Shown piece by piece: positions 36,301 to 46,993 of a stretch of DNA of 64,000 nucleotides. The notes under the pieces were generated by a model. The model saw nothing but the letters and a program-made list of their open reading frames with translations. It ran no database searches and was not told where the DNA came from. The stretch is taken from IMG/VR virus record IMGVR_UViG_3300023179_000019; one strand, 5' to 3'. How positions within the stretch are numbered: position 1 is the stretch's first letter; each line of letters starts with the position of its first letter. Origin of the DNA: a virus. Position numbers and translations under genes: made by a program.

Positions 36301-37655
36301 TGTTTAGTAATGTAAAAGAATTAACGACTGAAGAACTACAAAAAGAACTTCAGGCCATAGAATTGTTCGAACAAGAAATCGGTAAAGTCAATGTGAATAA
36401 TTTATTGGCCAAATCAGTTGATACTTCTTTTCTAGTTCCAATGAAATGCACCATCACACCTAATGGCCAGCTATTTAGAACCGACCATCAAGGCTTCTTG
36501 CCTAAGATGATGGAAGAAATGTACGAAGATCGGAAAAAGTTTAAAAAGTTGATGCTTCAGGCTAAACAGGAATATGAAAATGAATCTGACGGATCCAAAA
36601 AATATGAAATTGAAAAACGAATTGCCAAGTATAACAATATACAACTTGCAAAGAAGGTTTCTCTCAATTCTGCTTATGGCGCTCTTGGTAGCCAGTATTT
36701 CCGCTTTTATGATTTGCGAATGGCTCTTGGGGTCACTACTGCTGGTCAGTTGTCTATTCGGTGGATTGAAAACAAAATAAATGAATACATGAACAAATTG
36801 CTCAGTACAGATAAAGATTATGTAATCGCTTCTGATACTGATTCGATTTATCTACGCATGGGTGAATTGGTGAATAAGTTCATCAAAGATACTTCTGACA
36901 AACAGAAGGTGATTTCTCTCATGGATAAAATCTGTGAAGAAAAATTACAACCATATATCGACAAATCATATAAAGAGTTGGCGGATTACGTACACGCTTA
37001 TCAGCAAAAGATGGAGATGAAACGTGAAGGTTTATCTGACAAAGGTATCTGGACAGCCAAGAAGCGTTATATCCTAAACGTGTATAATAACGAAGGCGTT
37101 CAGTATAAAGAACCACAGATGAAAGTTATGGGTTTGGAGATGATCAAATCTTCAACTCCTTCTTCTATTCGTGAGAAGATGAAAGAAGCAATCGAACTCA
37201 TGGTAAATGGCACACAAGAAGATATACACACATTTATTGCCAGTTTCAGAAAAGATTTCAAAAAGTTACCAGCTGAAGAAATTTCTTTCCCTAGAGGTCT
37301 GAACGGACTAAACACTTACTCGGATGCTGTCACACTATATAAAAAGGGAACACCGATTCACGTTAAAGGTGCTATACTATATAATCATTACCTTAAACAA
37401 AAAGATTTAACTAAAAAATATCCGCTTATTCAAGAAGGTGAAAAACTAAAATTTACTTATCTAAAAATGCCTAACCCATTTAAAGATACTGTCATATCAT
37501 ACCCTTCACGTTTACCTAAAGAGTTCGAATTACAGGAATACATTGATTATGATATGCAATTTGATAAGGCCTTTTTAGAACCGATTAAAGTGATTCTAGA
37601 TTGTATGGGTTGGTCGACCGAAAAAACAAGTTCCATCGAGGATTTTTTTGTATGA
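36300..37655 (+). CDS. gp43: family B DNA polymerase, C-terminal half (motifs B and C, thumb)
   Basis: K..LNSAYG, SDTDS and KKRY motifs; C-terminal clamp-binding SIEDFF; own SD (GGAGA) and ATG. Confidence 0.95.
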   Translation: MFSNVKELTTEELQKELQAIELFEQEIGKVNVNNLLAKSVDTSFLVPMKCTITPNGQLFRTDHQGFLPKMMEEMYEDRKKFKKLMLQAKQEYENESDGSKKYEIEKRIAKYNNIQLAKKVSLNSAYGALGSQYFRFYDLRMALGVTTAGQLSIRWIENKINEYMNKLLSTDKDYVIASDTDSIYLRMGELVNKFIKDTSDKQKVISLMDKICEEKLQPYIDKSYKELADYVHAYQQKMEMKREGLSDKGIWTAKKRYILNVYNNEGVQYKEPQMKVMGLEMIKSSTPSSIREKMKEAIELMVNGTQEDIHTFIASFRKDFKKLPAEEISFPRGLNGLNTYSDAVTLYKKGTPIHVKGAILYNHYLKQKDLTKKYPLIQEGEKLKFTYLKMPNPFKDTVISYPSRLPKEFELQEYIDYDMQFDKAFLEPIKVILDCMGWSTEKTSSIEDFFV

Positions 37656-38758
37656 TATACATAACACTACTTTCAGCAATACTGTTATCCGGCATCGCAG
37701 CATATTATTCCGTTATCGGCCTCGCTGCTATTTTTACCGGCGCCTTTTGGCCTATTGTTTTTATGGGTTCCGTACTTGAACTCAGTAAACTAGTTACAAC
37801 TTCTTGGTTGTATAGGAATTGGAAAACTTGTCCAATTCTACTTAAAACATATTTGACTGCTGCTGTAGTTATATTGATGTTGATTACCAGTATGGGTATT
37901 TTTGGTTTCTTGTCTAAATCACATATCGATTCCACATTGGATGCTGGTGCCAATTCAGTTGAAATTAAAACACTGACACAACAAGAAAAAATCACTAAAG
38001 AAAGATTGGAATATTTGCTTGCTCGTGCTAAAGATCCATCAACCGCAAGTAATAGATTAGATAAACAAATCCAAGAAACTCAAAAAGAATTAAAAGACAT
38101 TGCAAATAGAAAATTACCACTTTTACGTGAAGAAAATAAATTAATTGCGGAAGTTGGGCCAATCAAATATGTTGGTGAACTGGTGTATGGCAGCAATGAT
38201 GATAATGCCATCGATAAAGCAGTTCGTCTGGTAATCATGTTGATCATGGTTGTATTTGACCCTCTAGCTGTGTTATTATTAATAGCAGCAAATATGTCCA
38301 TGAAAAAACCAGAAGTTGAAAAAGAGTTAGAAGAAGAAACACCAGATCCATATGTTGCTGATGTGGGAGAAAAACCAACCGAAGAAGAAAAACAAATTGA
38401 AGAAGATACACCTAGTGAAGTAGTTTTGACTGAAGAAAAAATAATTGAAATGGCAAATGAGATAAACGATAAAATACAAGAACTCAATAATAATATTGCC
38501 AAGATGAATGAAAATAAAGATGAATCGACTATCAATGTTGATAAAGAAAACGTAACAACAATAGAAGAAAATAAACCAGAACCATTTGCACATGATCCTG
38601 TAACAGATGAAGAAATTGTTTTAGAACCGGTTCGTAGAGAAGAACATCATGCTCCTGGCGTATATACCGAACACCATGAGGTTGTTGAGGTAAAAAAAAA
38701 GTTGGAACCAAAATATGATTATACTGCTGAGTACGCTTTTAAAGAAAAAGAAAAATAA
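37652..38758 (+). CDS. membrane protein with coiled coil and acidic tail
   Basis: Three N-terminal TM segments; GIFGFLSK, EVGPIKY and VFDPLAV motifs. Confidence 0.75.
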   Translation: MIYITLLSAILLSGIAAYYSVIGLAAIFTGAFWPIVFMGSVLELSKLVTTSWLYRNWKTCPILLKTYLTAAVVILMLITSMGIFGFLSKSHIDSTLDAGANSVEIKTLTQQEKITKERLEYLLARAKDPSTASNRLDKQIQETQKELKDIANRKLPLLREENKLIAEVGPIKYVGELVYGSNDDNAIDKAVRLVIMLIMVVFDPLAVLLLIAANMSMKKPEVEKELEEETPDPYVADVGEKPTEEEKQIEEDTPSEVVLTEEKIIEMANEINDKIQELNNNIAKMNENKDESTINVDKENVTTIEENKPEPFAHDPVTDEEIVLEPVRREEHHAPGVYTEHHEVVEVKKKLEPKYDYTAEYAFKEKEK

Positions 38759-38763
38759 TTATA

Positions 38764-39366
38764 ATGTCTAACATAGAAAAATATGGTTTTCATGTTGTTC
38801 CTAATATTGTAGGAAAAGAGACTTGTGAATTAATTTCCAGGTCTTTATTGCTTTTGAGGTCGAATTATAACCATGAAAATAACTTGAGTGATGATTCTTT
38901 TAAAGGTGATGGCTTAGTTGAAAAATCTTTTAGTAAGTATGGAGTAAATTGTTTGGAAGCATTGTCTGAGATGTTGTTACCAAAAGTCGAAGAAGTTGTA
39001 GGTAAACGACTAGTGCCCACATACACATACACTAGAATATATTTCAATGGTGCCGAAATGCAAGAGCATACGGATCGACCGAGTTGTCAATATTCAGCAA
39101 CACTAACGCTATCAATTTCCGACAAACCTTGGGAGATTCATTTTAGGGACATTACAAAAAAAGAAAGATCAATAAGTTTGGACGTAGGTTCAATGTGTGT
39201 TTATAGAGGTATGGATGTTCCTCATTGGCGAAATAGATATGAAGGCAAAGAACAAATTCAAGCCTTCATTCATTATGTTGATATTGATGGTCCATATGCA
39301 AAATTTAAGTATGACGGTCGACCAATGTTGGGACTACATCCCAGCACAAGGCGTAAAGACATTTAA
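38764..39366 (+). CDS. 2OG-Fe(II) oxygenase
   Basis: PTYTYTRIY, HTDRPSC, HWR and Q.FIHYV motifs. Confidence 0.85.
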   Translation: MSNIEKYGFHVVPNIVGKETCELISRSLLLLRSNYNHENNLSDDSFKGDGLVEKSFSKYGVNCLEALSEMLLPKVEEVVGKRLVPTYTYTRIYFNGAEMQEHTDRPSCQYSATLTLSISDKPWEIHFRDITKKERSISLDVGSMCVYRGMDVPHWRNRYEGKEQIQAFIHYVDIDGPYAKFKYDGRPMLGLHPSTRRKDI

Positions 39367-39378
39367 TAAGGTGATTAC

Positions 39379-40452
39379 ATGAGCATTTTAGACAAAATTA
39401 AAAAGAATAGCAGCATCAAAGAATCTGCAATTTTATCCAAGTCGAAGTTCTTCACGGACAAAGACATGATTCCCACAGCGATTCCAATTATCAATGTGGC
39501 ACTTTCTGGTAAGTTAGATGGTGGCTTAACTCCTGGTCTTACAATGTGGGCAGGTCCATCAAAACATTTTAAAACCGCATTTAGTCTGTTGATGGCTAAA
39601 TCTTATTTGGAGAAATATCCCGATGCTGCTCTTTTATTTTACGATTCTGAGTTTGGCACTCCTCAATCTTACTTTGATTCATTCGGTATTGATACCAATA
39701 GGGTGTTCCATACTCCTCTTACTGATATCGAGCAATTAAAGCACGATGTTATGCAACAATTAACTCAAATTGAACGTAGTGATAAGTTAATTATTATTAT
39801 TGATTCAATTGGAAATTTAGCATCCAAGAAAGAAGTTGATGATGCTGTTGAGGGAAAAACTGTTGCAGATATGAGTCGTGCAAAACAAATCAAATCATTG
39901 TTCAGAATGGTCACACCACATCTAACAATGAAAGATATTCCCATGGTTGTTGTGAACCATACATATAAAGAAATTGGTATGTTCCCGAAAGATATTGTTG
40001 GTGGTGGCACAGGAAGTTATTATTCGGCTGATAATATCTTTATTCTTGGTCGTCAACAAGAAAAAGAAGGAACAGAAGTTGTTGGTTACAATTTTATAAT
40101 TAATGTTGAGAAGTCTAGATATGTTAAAGAAAAATCTAAAATACCCGTTACTGTATCTTTTGATGGTGGTATCAGCAAGTGGTCTGGTCTACTTGATATC
40201 GCACTCGAATCAGGACATGTTGTTAAACCCAGTAATGGTTGGTATTCTATAAGAAACAGAGATACTGGTGAAATAGAAGATAAAAAATACCGAATCAAAG
40301 AAACAGATACAAAAGATTTTTGGTTACCTATCATAAAACAAAAAACTTTCCGAGAATACGTTGAAGGAAAATATAGGATCGCTACAGGTAATATTATGAA
40401 ATCAGAAGATGTAGAAGAAGCGTTTGATGTAGAAACTATTAACGGTGCCTAA
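39379..40452 (+). CDS. uvsX: RecA-like recombinase UvsX
   Basis: GPSKHFKT, YDSEFG, DSIGNLAS and GGGTG motifs. Confidence 0.97.
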   Translation: MSILDKIKKNSSIKESAILSKSKFFTDKDMIPTAIPIINVALSGKLDGGLTPGLTMWAGPSKHFKTAFSLLMAKSYLEKYPDAALLFYDSEFGTPQSYFDSFGIDTNRVFHTPLTDIEQLKHDVMQQLTQIERSDKLIIIIDSIGNLASKKEVDDAVEGKTVADMSRAKQIKSLFRMVTPHLTMKDIPMVVVNHTYKEIGMFPKDIVGGGTGSYYSADNIFILGRQQEKEGTEVVGYNFIINVEKSRYVKEKSKIPVTVSFDGGISKWSGLLDIALESGHVVKPSNGWYSIRNRDTGEIEDKKYRIKETDTKDFWLPIIKQKTFREYVEGKYRIATGNIMKSEDVEEAFDVETINGA

Positions 40453-40453
40453 A

Positions 40454-41074
40454 ATGGATATTCAATATCTGGAAAATCCTCCTCATGTTTTTGTTATTGA
40501 AAATTTTTATACAGAAGATGAATTGAATAAGATATGGGAAGAATTGGATGACTTTTATGATAAAAACTTTTTAGATAATTCTTCTAATGTGGGTCCAGCA
40601 AGAACTATTGATGGCATACCATTAAAAAGAGCCAATGGTATTTTTTTATATAAAAGCAAATTTCCAAATTCCAATATAATAAAAATTAATAATAAAGTAA
40701 AAGAACATTCTATAATATTTTCTAAGCACGATGAGAAATATGAAAAACTTGATGAATGTGTTTATAATACATTAATGTCATATTATGACAATGATCATTA
40801 TTATAAACCTCATTCAGACCAATCAGTCTTTACTGCTTGCAGTTATTTTTTCAAAGAACCTAAAAAATTCTCTGGTGGAAATTTTATTTTAAATGATTTC
40901 AATAAAGAATTTGAAATAAAAAATAATATGTTGATTATTTTTCCTGGAAATTATAGGCATCAAGTTAGAAAAGTTAAATTAGATAAAAATTTTCCTGGTC
41001 ATGGAAGATATTGTATATCACAATTTTTTAATATTCCTGTACCAGAAGAATCCGAGGAGAAAAAAAATGATTGA
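40454..41074 (+). CDS. 2OG-Fe(II) oxygenase
   Basis: YKPHSD, FSGG and HQV...GRY motifs. Confidence 0.85.
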   Translation: MDIQYLENPPHVFVIENFYTEDELNKIWEELDDFYDKNFLDNSSNVGPARTIDGIPLKRANGIFLYKSKFPNSNIIKINNKVKEHSIIFSKHDEKYEKLDECVYNTLMSYYDNDHYYKPHSDQSVFTACSYFFKEPKKFSGGNFILNDFNKEFEIKNNMLIIFPGNYRHQVRKVKLDKNFPGHGRYCISQFFNIPVPEESEEKKND

Positions 41075-41390
41075 AGGAATAGACTATTGTTTCATCTATC
41101 CAAAAGATGATGCGGCCTCAGTACACATTAGATTGCTTGACGGACCATACAAAAATACCATATTCAAATATGGCAAAGTAAAGTTTGAGGAAAAGAATGA
41201 GCAAATGTATTTACTTTTTGGTTACGATGTGTTAGAATCTGATGTCAGCACACCGAAAAAGTTAGAAAAGAGTGGTGATTTCAAGAACCATATTGGTGAC
41301 CTTTTGGTACAAATAATGTCATCTAACATTGAACAGGAAATTATTGATGAAGTTGGAACAGACGATTCTCAAGAATCTATTTTACAATGA
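41067..41390 (+). CDS. head vertex assembly chaperone (gp40-like)
   Basis: Sits between uvsX and gp41 as in T4; YGKV.F and IGDLL motifs. Confidence 0.6.
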   Translation: MIEGIDYCFIYPKDDAASVHIRLLDGPYKNTIFKYGKVKFEEKNEQMYLLFGYDVLESDVSTPKKLEKSGDFKNHIGDLLVQIMSSNIEQEIIDEVGTDDSQESILQ

Positions 41391-42735
41391 AGATTACCTC
41401 AGAAAAGTATTGCCATTTTTAAAACCGGAATATTTTACCTCGAATACTGAAAAAGTTTTATTCGATGAAATTACATCATTCACACAGACTTACAATAATA
41501 CACCAACGATTGAAGCAGTTGCATTGGCCGTCAAAGAAAGGCGCAATCTCACAGATGACGAAGTGGAAAAGTGTTCGTCTTATCTTAAAGAAATTGAATC
41601 TACTAAAAGCGAAGAATCCAAAATTCAATGGCTTGTTGATAAAACCGAACAATTTTGCCAAGAGAAAGCCATATACAATGCAGTATTGGGGTCTATTTCT
41701 ATTCTCGATGGAAAAGACAAAACACATGAAAAAGGTCAGATTCCCAAGATATTATCGGACGCCTTGGCGGTAAGTTTCGATAACTCGGTTGGTCATGATT
41801 ATTTGGAGAATTCGGATGAGCGTTATGAATTCTACCACCGAAAAGAAGAACGTATTCCTTTTGATCTGGAATACTTCAACAAAATCACAAAAGGCGGCCT
41901 GCCTGCCAAGACACTCAATATCGCTCTAGCAGGTACTGGTGTCGGCAAATCATTATTCATGTGCCACGTTGCTTCATCTTGCATGACACTAGGTAAAAAT
42001 GTATTGTACATCACACTTGAAATGGCAGAAGAAAAAATTGCTGAACGTATTGATGCAAATTTATTAAACGTGACGATTGATGATTTGATGCAACTGCCTA
42101 AAGACATGTATGACAAGAAAGTTGCTCGGGTCCGTGAAAAGACTACAGGTAAACTTATCATCAAAGAATATCCAACCGCATCAGCTTCAACAATTCATTT
42201 TAGGACATTATTAAATGAACTTAATCTTAAGCGCTCTTTCGTTCCTGATATTATCTTTGTGGATTATCTTAATATATGTTGTAGTTCTCGGATTAAGGCT
42301 GGTGCGAATATTAACTCATACACATACGTTAAGTCCATCGCAGAAGAGCTTCGAGGCCTTGCCGTTGAACATAATGTTCCTATTGTATCTGCGACTCAAA
42401 CTACCAGAAGCGGATTTACATCGTCTGATCCGGGATTGGAAGATACGAGTGAATCGTTCGGGTTACCTGCTACCGCCGACTTGATGTTTGCTTTGATTTC
42501 TTCCGAAGAATTGGAAGAACTTGGCCAACTTATGGTCAAACAATTGAAAAATCGTTACAATGATCCAACATATTACAAAAGATTCACGGTTGGTATTGAC
42601 AGGTCTAAAATGAAGTTGTATGATATCGAACAGTCTGCTCAAATTGGAATCGCAGATGCTGGCCACGATAAACCAATAAACACATTTGGTGACCGTGAAA
42701 GACAACCTAAAAAGTTTAGTGGATTTAAAGTATGA
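41347..42735 (+). CDS. gp41: replicative DnaB-like helicase
   Basis: AGTGVGKS, TLEMAE, VDYLN, SATQ and KQLKNRY motifs. Confidence 0.97.
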   Translation: MKLEQTILKNLFYNEDYLRKVLPFLKPEYFTSNTEKVLFDEITSFTQTYNNTPTIEAVALAVKERRNLTDDEVEKCSSYLKEIESTKSEESKIQWLVDKTEQFCQEKAIYNAVLGSISILDGKDKTHEKGQIPKILSDALAVSFDNSVGHDYLENSDERYEFYHRKEERIPFDLEYFNKITKGGLPAKTLNIALAGTGVGKSLFMCHVASSCMTLGKNVLYITLEMAEEKIAERIDANLLNVTIDDLMQLPKDMYDKKVARVREKTTGKLIIKEYPTASASTIHFRTLLNELNLKRSFVPDIIFVDYLNICCSSRIKAGANINSYTYVKSIAEELRGLAVEHNVPIVSATQTTRSGFTSSDPGLEDTSESFGLPATADLMFALISSEELEELGQLMVKQLKNRYNDPTYYKRFTVGIDRSKMKLYDIEQSAQIGIADAGHDKPINTFGDRERQPKKFSGFKV

Positions 42736-43838
42736 CGTTGACCTTTGAAGATGCAGTACATTGTGCCAAAGTATTCGAAGATTATTTTGGGAATTTTGAT
42801 CGCATCGATGAGTATATGAGAGATCAGAAATTAAATTCTCTGGCCGAACTTCCATCCAATCCTTTATTTCCAATTGAAGATGACTTGTTTCAAAATTTTA
42901 CGATGCATCCAAAAGATATGGATTTTGAAGTCGTTGAAATAGATAATGAAACATGGACTAATCTTCTTAACATCACCTCATCACACGTAAACATTCCACC
43001 AGTTGGTCGTAATGTCAAGTTGGCCGTGCGTGAGAAGAATACAGGAAAGTACGTAGGATTCATCCGACTTGGTTCACCAGTCATCAACTGTAAACCCCGT
43101 AATGACATGCTTGGACAAGTGTTTACACAAAATCCTGACTGGGGTAAACGATTCAACGACTCTGCAATGATGGGTTTTGTTATTGTGCCAGCACAACCAT
43201 TTGGTTATAATTATCTTGGTGGTAAACTTCTAGCTGCAATCTGTACCTCACATGAAGTACGTCAAATTGTCAACAAGAAATACGGAATGAATTTGTGTCT
43301 TTTTGAGACTACTAGTTTATATGGTAGTTCAAAAACAGTATCACAATATGACGGTATGAAACCCTATATCAGATATAAAGGCCTTACCGATTCCGATTTT
43401 TTACCCATGATGCACGGCAAACCATACTCTGATTTACGTGACTTTGTGGAAAGTAAAGTTGGTAAACTTGTCGATGAAGATGCGTCTAGTAAGAAACTAA
43501 AAATCTCTATGAAGATTATATCACTTACTAAAGCAGCACTTAAAGGTACATCTGAGGGCGGCACATTCCAAGCAACGATTGAGAAGGCTAAAGGGTTGAC
43601 AGAACAGAAAAGATATTATATAAGCGACTATGGTTTTAAGAACATGGTTGATTATGTAAACTGTAAGACGGACGTACTTGTTCCTGGTGAAAACTATGAA
43701 AAACATAAAATGGTAAACTTGATTGAATGGTGGCGAAATAAAGCTTGCAATCGATATGAAACACTATACAATGAAAACAGGTTAAGAAACGAACTTGAAA
43801 TTTGGACATCCGGAAAAGATATTCAGATTATCAGATAA
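42732..43838 (+). CDS. DUF4338 / Druantia DruA-like protein (paralogue 2)
   Basis: PFGYNYLGGKLLA and ETTSLYG...SQYDG motifs. Confidence 0.7.
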   Translation: MTLTFEDAVHCAKVFEDYFGNFDRIDEYMRDQKLNSLAELPSNPLFPIEDDLFQNFTMHPKDMDFEVVEIDNETWTNLLNITSSHVNIPPVGRNVKLAVREKNTGKYVGFIRLGSPVINCKPRNDMLGQVFTQNPDWGKRFNDSAMMGFVIVPAQPFGYNYLGGKLLAAICTSHEVRQIVNKKYGMNLCLFETTSLYGSSKTVSQYDGMKPYIRYKGLTDSDFLPMMHGKPYSDLRDFVESKVGKLVDEDASSKKLKISMKIISLTKAALKGTSEGGTFQATIEKAKGLTEQKRYYISDYGFKNMVDYVNCKTDVLVPGENYEKHKMVNLIEWWRNKACNRYETLYNENRLRNELEIWTSGKDIQIIR

Positions 43839-43861
43839 ATATTTTGATTTAAGGTAATATA

Positions 43862-45154
43862 ATGGCGTATGAAGCTTCTGAAATCATGATGGCTGCAGCA
43901 TTAATGTATCCAACAGGTGAGTTATTGGAATATGCAAAAGGCGCTGATGGATTACGCAAACTTATGATAGATGCTCGCACAAAAATTTCTAAACATCTAG
44001 ATAAAACAATTCATTTCGGTAACGCATCAATACAAAAAGGATTTACTGATTTAATGGATGAAAACAATCCAGAGATGTTAAAGGATATGGCTGGCGGAAT
44101 ATCTGCTGCATTAGGTGTAAGAGATTATTTACAGAAAGAAGGCGAGTCTGGTGGTAGAAATCTATCACCAAATGTCTACATGACGGGTAATGTTTGGCCT
44201 AAAGAAGTTGAAAAATTTAGAGTTAGTGCTTTTGGTTTTGAAGATTATAATTCAGCTGACGTTATTGCTACTGCCGATAAAGAGACTTTTTATGGAATAT
44301 CACTCAAAAAGAAAAGACAAGCAAATGCGGGTGAACCAACATTAATCAATAAAGCTTTCGACTCTGTTTTGGATGGAAAACAATTTGATGATATTAAAGA
44401 TGAATTGGCTAAAATTCGTGCTGAATATTTTTCTGGATTAGTAATTGAAGCTGTTGAAAGAGGAATAATTCTCAAAGAACATATTGCAAATTTTGATCAG
44501 TTAAAGAGAACAGAACAAGGCCGAAAGGAATTATTTGAAGCTAAAAGGCGAGATAAAAAATTATTTGATCGTTCATACATCGACACAAAAGGTTCTGCTC
44601 GTGCTTTAAAAGGTTATAAAGATGACAATACAAAGGATGTAAATTCTATGCGTTACTTTGTCAATAAAAAATTGGCAGAGAAAGATAATCCTCTTTGGAA
44701 AGAATTTGTAAAGGTCATGAACAAATACTCCGATTTATTTGCTGATTCTTTAATTAATATTATTCTCAAAACTCAACTATTCAAACAGTTGGATGCAAAA
44801 GACTTAGGTAAATATAAATTTAATTTCTTTTTGGTTACCGGTGTCGGTGATGTTAATAAAAAAGGTGATGTAACTATAGGAAAAGCTACTGTTCTTCCAT
44901 TAAAAACTACGTTATGTGGTTTAACTAGAATACAAGAAAAAAATAAACAAAAAAAATATGAAATTGTTTTGGATGAAACAAAAAAAGAAGGTGCGGATGC
45001 AGCCAAAATATTTTTACAATTGAAGAAAGGAAATATCATTTTATTGGACTTAGAAATTCGTTATAAAGGTGCTTTTACACCGCAACCACAATTTCAAGGA
45101 ACATTAAATGATGGTTTCAAAAAATTACTAAAAGAAGAATGTGGATTACAATAA
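43862..45154 (+). CDS. hypothetical protein, PD-(D/E)XK nuclease-like
   Basis: YE.SE...SADVI...FYGISLKK pattern; GATAAATA upstream. Confidence 0.5.
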   Translation: MAYEASEIMMAAALMYPTGELLEYAKGADGLRKLMIDARTKISKHLDKTIHFGNASIQKGFTDLMDENNPEMLKDMAGGISAALGVRDYLQKEGESGGRNLSPNVYMTGNVWPKEVEKFRVSAFGFEDYNSADVIATADKETFYGISLKKKRQANAGEPTLINKAFDSVLDGKQFDDIKDELAKIRAEYFSGLVIEAVERGIILKEHIANFDQLKRTEQGRKELFEAKRRDKKLFDRSYIDTKGSARALKGYKDDNTKDVNSMRYFVNKKLAEKDNPLWKEFVKVMNKYSDLFADSLINIILKTQLFKQLDAKDLGKYKFNFFLVTGVGDVNKKGDVTIGKATVLPLKTTLCGLTRIQEKNKQKKYEIVLDETKKEGADAAKIFLQLKKGNIILLDLEIRYKGAFTPQPQFQGTLNDGFKKLLKEECGLQ

Positions 45155-45436
45155 ATGGCATTAATAGACTTTGATAAACTTGCAAAAGAGTTTGAAACTA
45201 ACGATAATGATTTTGGTTTTTCTGCTGTATCTGAAGAAGAATATAATTCAATTATCAATAAGACAGCACAAACTGCTGATGATTATAAAGCAAGATTAAC
45301 TGAATTAGAAAAAATTATTGTTCCTTTTCTCACCAAATTACATTCGACCGGAGATAAAGAATACATATACTGGCCGAATAGAAAACCACTAATCGAAAAG
45401 CAGATAGAAAAAATACTTAAATTGACAAGGAATTAA
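45155..45436 (+). CDS. hypothetical protein
   Basis: DFGFSAV...PFL..L...KEYIYWPNR. Confidence 0.7.
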   Translation: MALIDFDKLAKEFETNDNDFGFSAVSEEEYNSIINKTAQTADDYKARLTELEKIIVPFLTKLHSTGDKEYIYWPNRKPLIEKQIEKILKLTRN

Positions 45437-45438
45437 TT

Positions 45439-46152
45439 ATGAAAGCAACGGTGATTATACCCACCACGGGTGCATTTGAAGTACGTGATGCAATCAATTC
45501 TGTACTTGACCAAACAATAGAGACACAAGTTTATCTTGTTTGTGACGGTGATAACTTTAAAGGTAAAGTTAAAGTTATTTCTGATGATTATGCAGGAAAT
45601 CCATTCGTAAAAGTTTGTTATCTACCTATCAACGTTGGTGGTAATGGTTTTTACGGACACCGTATATATGCTTCCTTCACACATTTGATTAACACCGATT
45701 ATGTTTTTTATTTGGACCAAGATTGTTGGTTTGAAAATAATCACGTAGAAGAATGTATCAAAACAATAGAAGAAAATGATCTGAGTTGGTCTTATTCTTT
45801 GCGTAAAGTTACAAATAAAGAAGGCGAATACATTTGTAATGATGATTGTGAATCTTTAGGCAAATGGAAAACATATCACGGCATCAATCATATAGATACA
45901 AATTCGTATTGCCTTAAAACTGATGTTGCGATAAAATTGGCTAGTGTATGGCATGGTGGTTGGGGTCAAGACCGTGTTTTCTTTGGCACCCTTGCTCAAC
46001 ACTTTGCAAGATTTCATTGCACAGGACAATATACAGTAAATTATCGTGTAGATGGGAATCCAGGTTCAGTTAACGCCGAATTCTTTTTGAATGGTAATAA
46101 AGTAATGAATGAAAAATATAATGGAGAATTCCCATGGCGCAAAAAAATCTAA
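45439..46152 (+). CDS. glycosyltransferase family 2
   Basis: VIIPT, SVLDQ, YLDQD and WGQDR motifs. Confidence 0.85.
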   Translation: MKATVIIPTTGAFEVRDAINSVLDQTIETQVYLVCDGDNFKGKVKVISDDYAGNPFVKVCYLPINVGGNGFYGHRIYASFTHLINTDYVFYLDQDCWFENNHVEECIKTIEENDLSWSYSLRKVTNKEGEYICNDDCESLGKWKTYHGINHIDTNSYCLKTDVAIKLASVWHGGWGQDRVFFGTLAQHFARFHCTGQYTVNYRVDGNPGSVNAEFFLNGNKVMNEKYNGEFPWRKKI

Positions 46153-46991
46153 TTATCGGTGGTTACACAAACTACGGCATCAATCAACTTAAACCTTGGG
46201 TATTATCTGCAAAAGAAGTTTCGGGTGAAAACGATGTTGTTTTAGTCGCTGGTAAAACATCAAAAGAAACGGTGGAGTGGTTACAGGAACAAGGTGTGAT
46301 TGTTGTTCCGATGATATCGGTCAACAATGTTCCTGTCCACGTATTGCGTTTTCTTTCCATTTATGATTACTTAGACAATCATTGGAAAAATTATGAATAT
46401 GTTGTCACAACAGATGTGAAAGACGTTTACTTTCAAACAGACCCATTTTATCCAATGACACGTTATCTTAAAGATGAATATAAACTTATTGTTGCTTCTG
46501 AAGGATTGAAATACAAAGATGAATCTTGGGGTAATGAGAATTTAATGCAGTCTTATGGACCATATGTCTATGAGAGATTCAAAGATAACGAAATATTTAA
46601 TGTTGGAACATTCGGTGGTGTCTCTGAGTATGTGAAAGATATGGTGTTCAACATCTTCACTAATGCAATCAATAGGCCAATTCCTATCTGCGACCAAGCG
46701 GTCTTTAACGTACTAATAAATACACAACCATTTAAGAATATCGTTTTCAAGACATCAACTTGGGCATGTGAAGCGGGTACGGTTGCTGATCCATCAAAGA
46801 TCGATAACTTTAGACCAAATCTATTATTTAAAGAACCTATTGTAAAAAATGGTATTGTTTTAAGTGATGATGACTGCGAAATACCTTTTCCAATTGTTCA
46901 CCAATATGATCGTGTACCTGATTGGAAAAAATTTGTCCAAGAAAAATATGGACAAGAAGATGAATCGGAATATTTTATTTACAGGGCTTAA
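46134..46991 (+). CDS. GT-A glycosyltransferase-like protein
   Basis: RF, TDVKDV.FQ.DP, NVG, DQAVFN and VHQYDR motifs. Confidence 0.75.
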   Translation: MAQKNLIIGGYTNYGINQLKPWVLSAKEVSGENDVVLVAGKTSKETVEWLQEQGVIVVPMISVNNVPVHVLRFLSIYDYLDNHWKNYEYVVTTDVKDVYFQTDPFYPMTRYLKDEYKLIVASEGLKYKDESWGNENLMQSYGPYVYERFKDNEIFNVGTFGGVSEYVKDMVFNIFTNAINRPIPICDQAVFNVLINTQPFKNIVFKTSTWACEAGTVADPSKIDNFRPNLLFKEPIVKNGIVLSDDDCEIPFPIVHQYDRVPDWKKFVQEKYGQEDESEYFIYRA

Positions 46992-46993
46992 TT

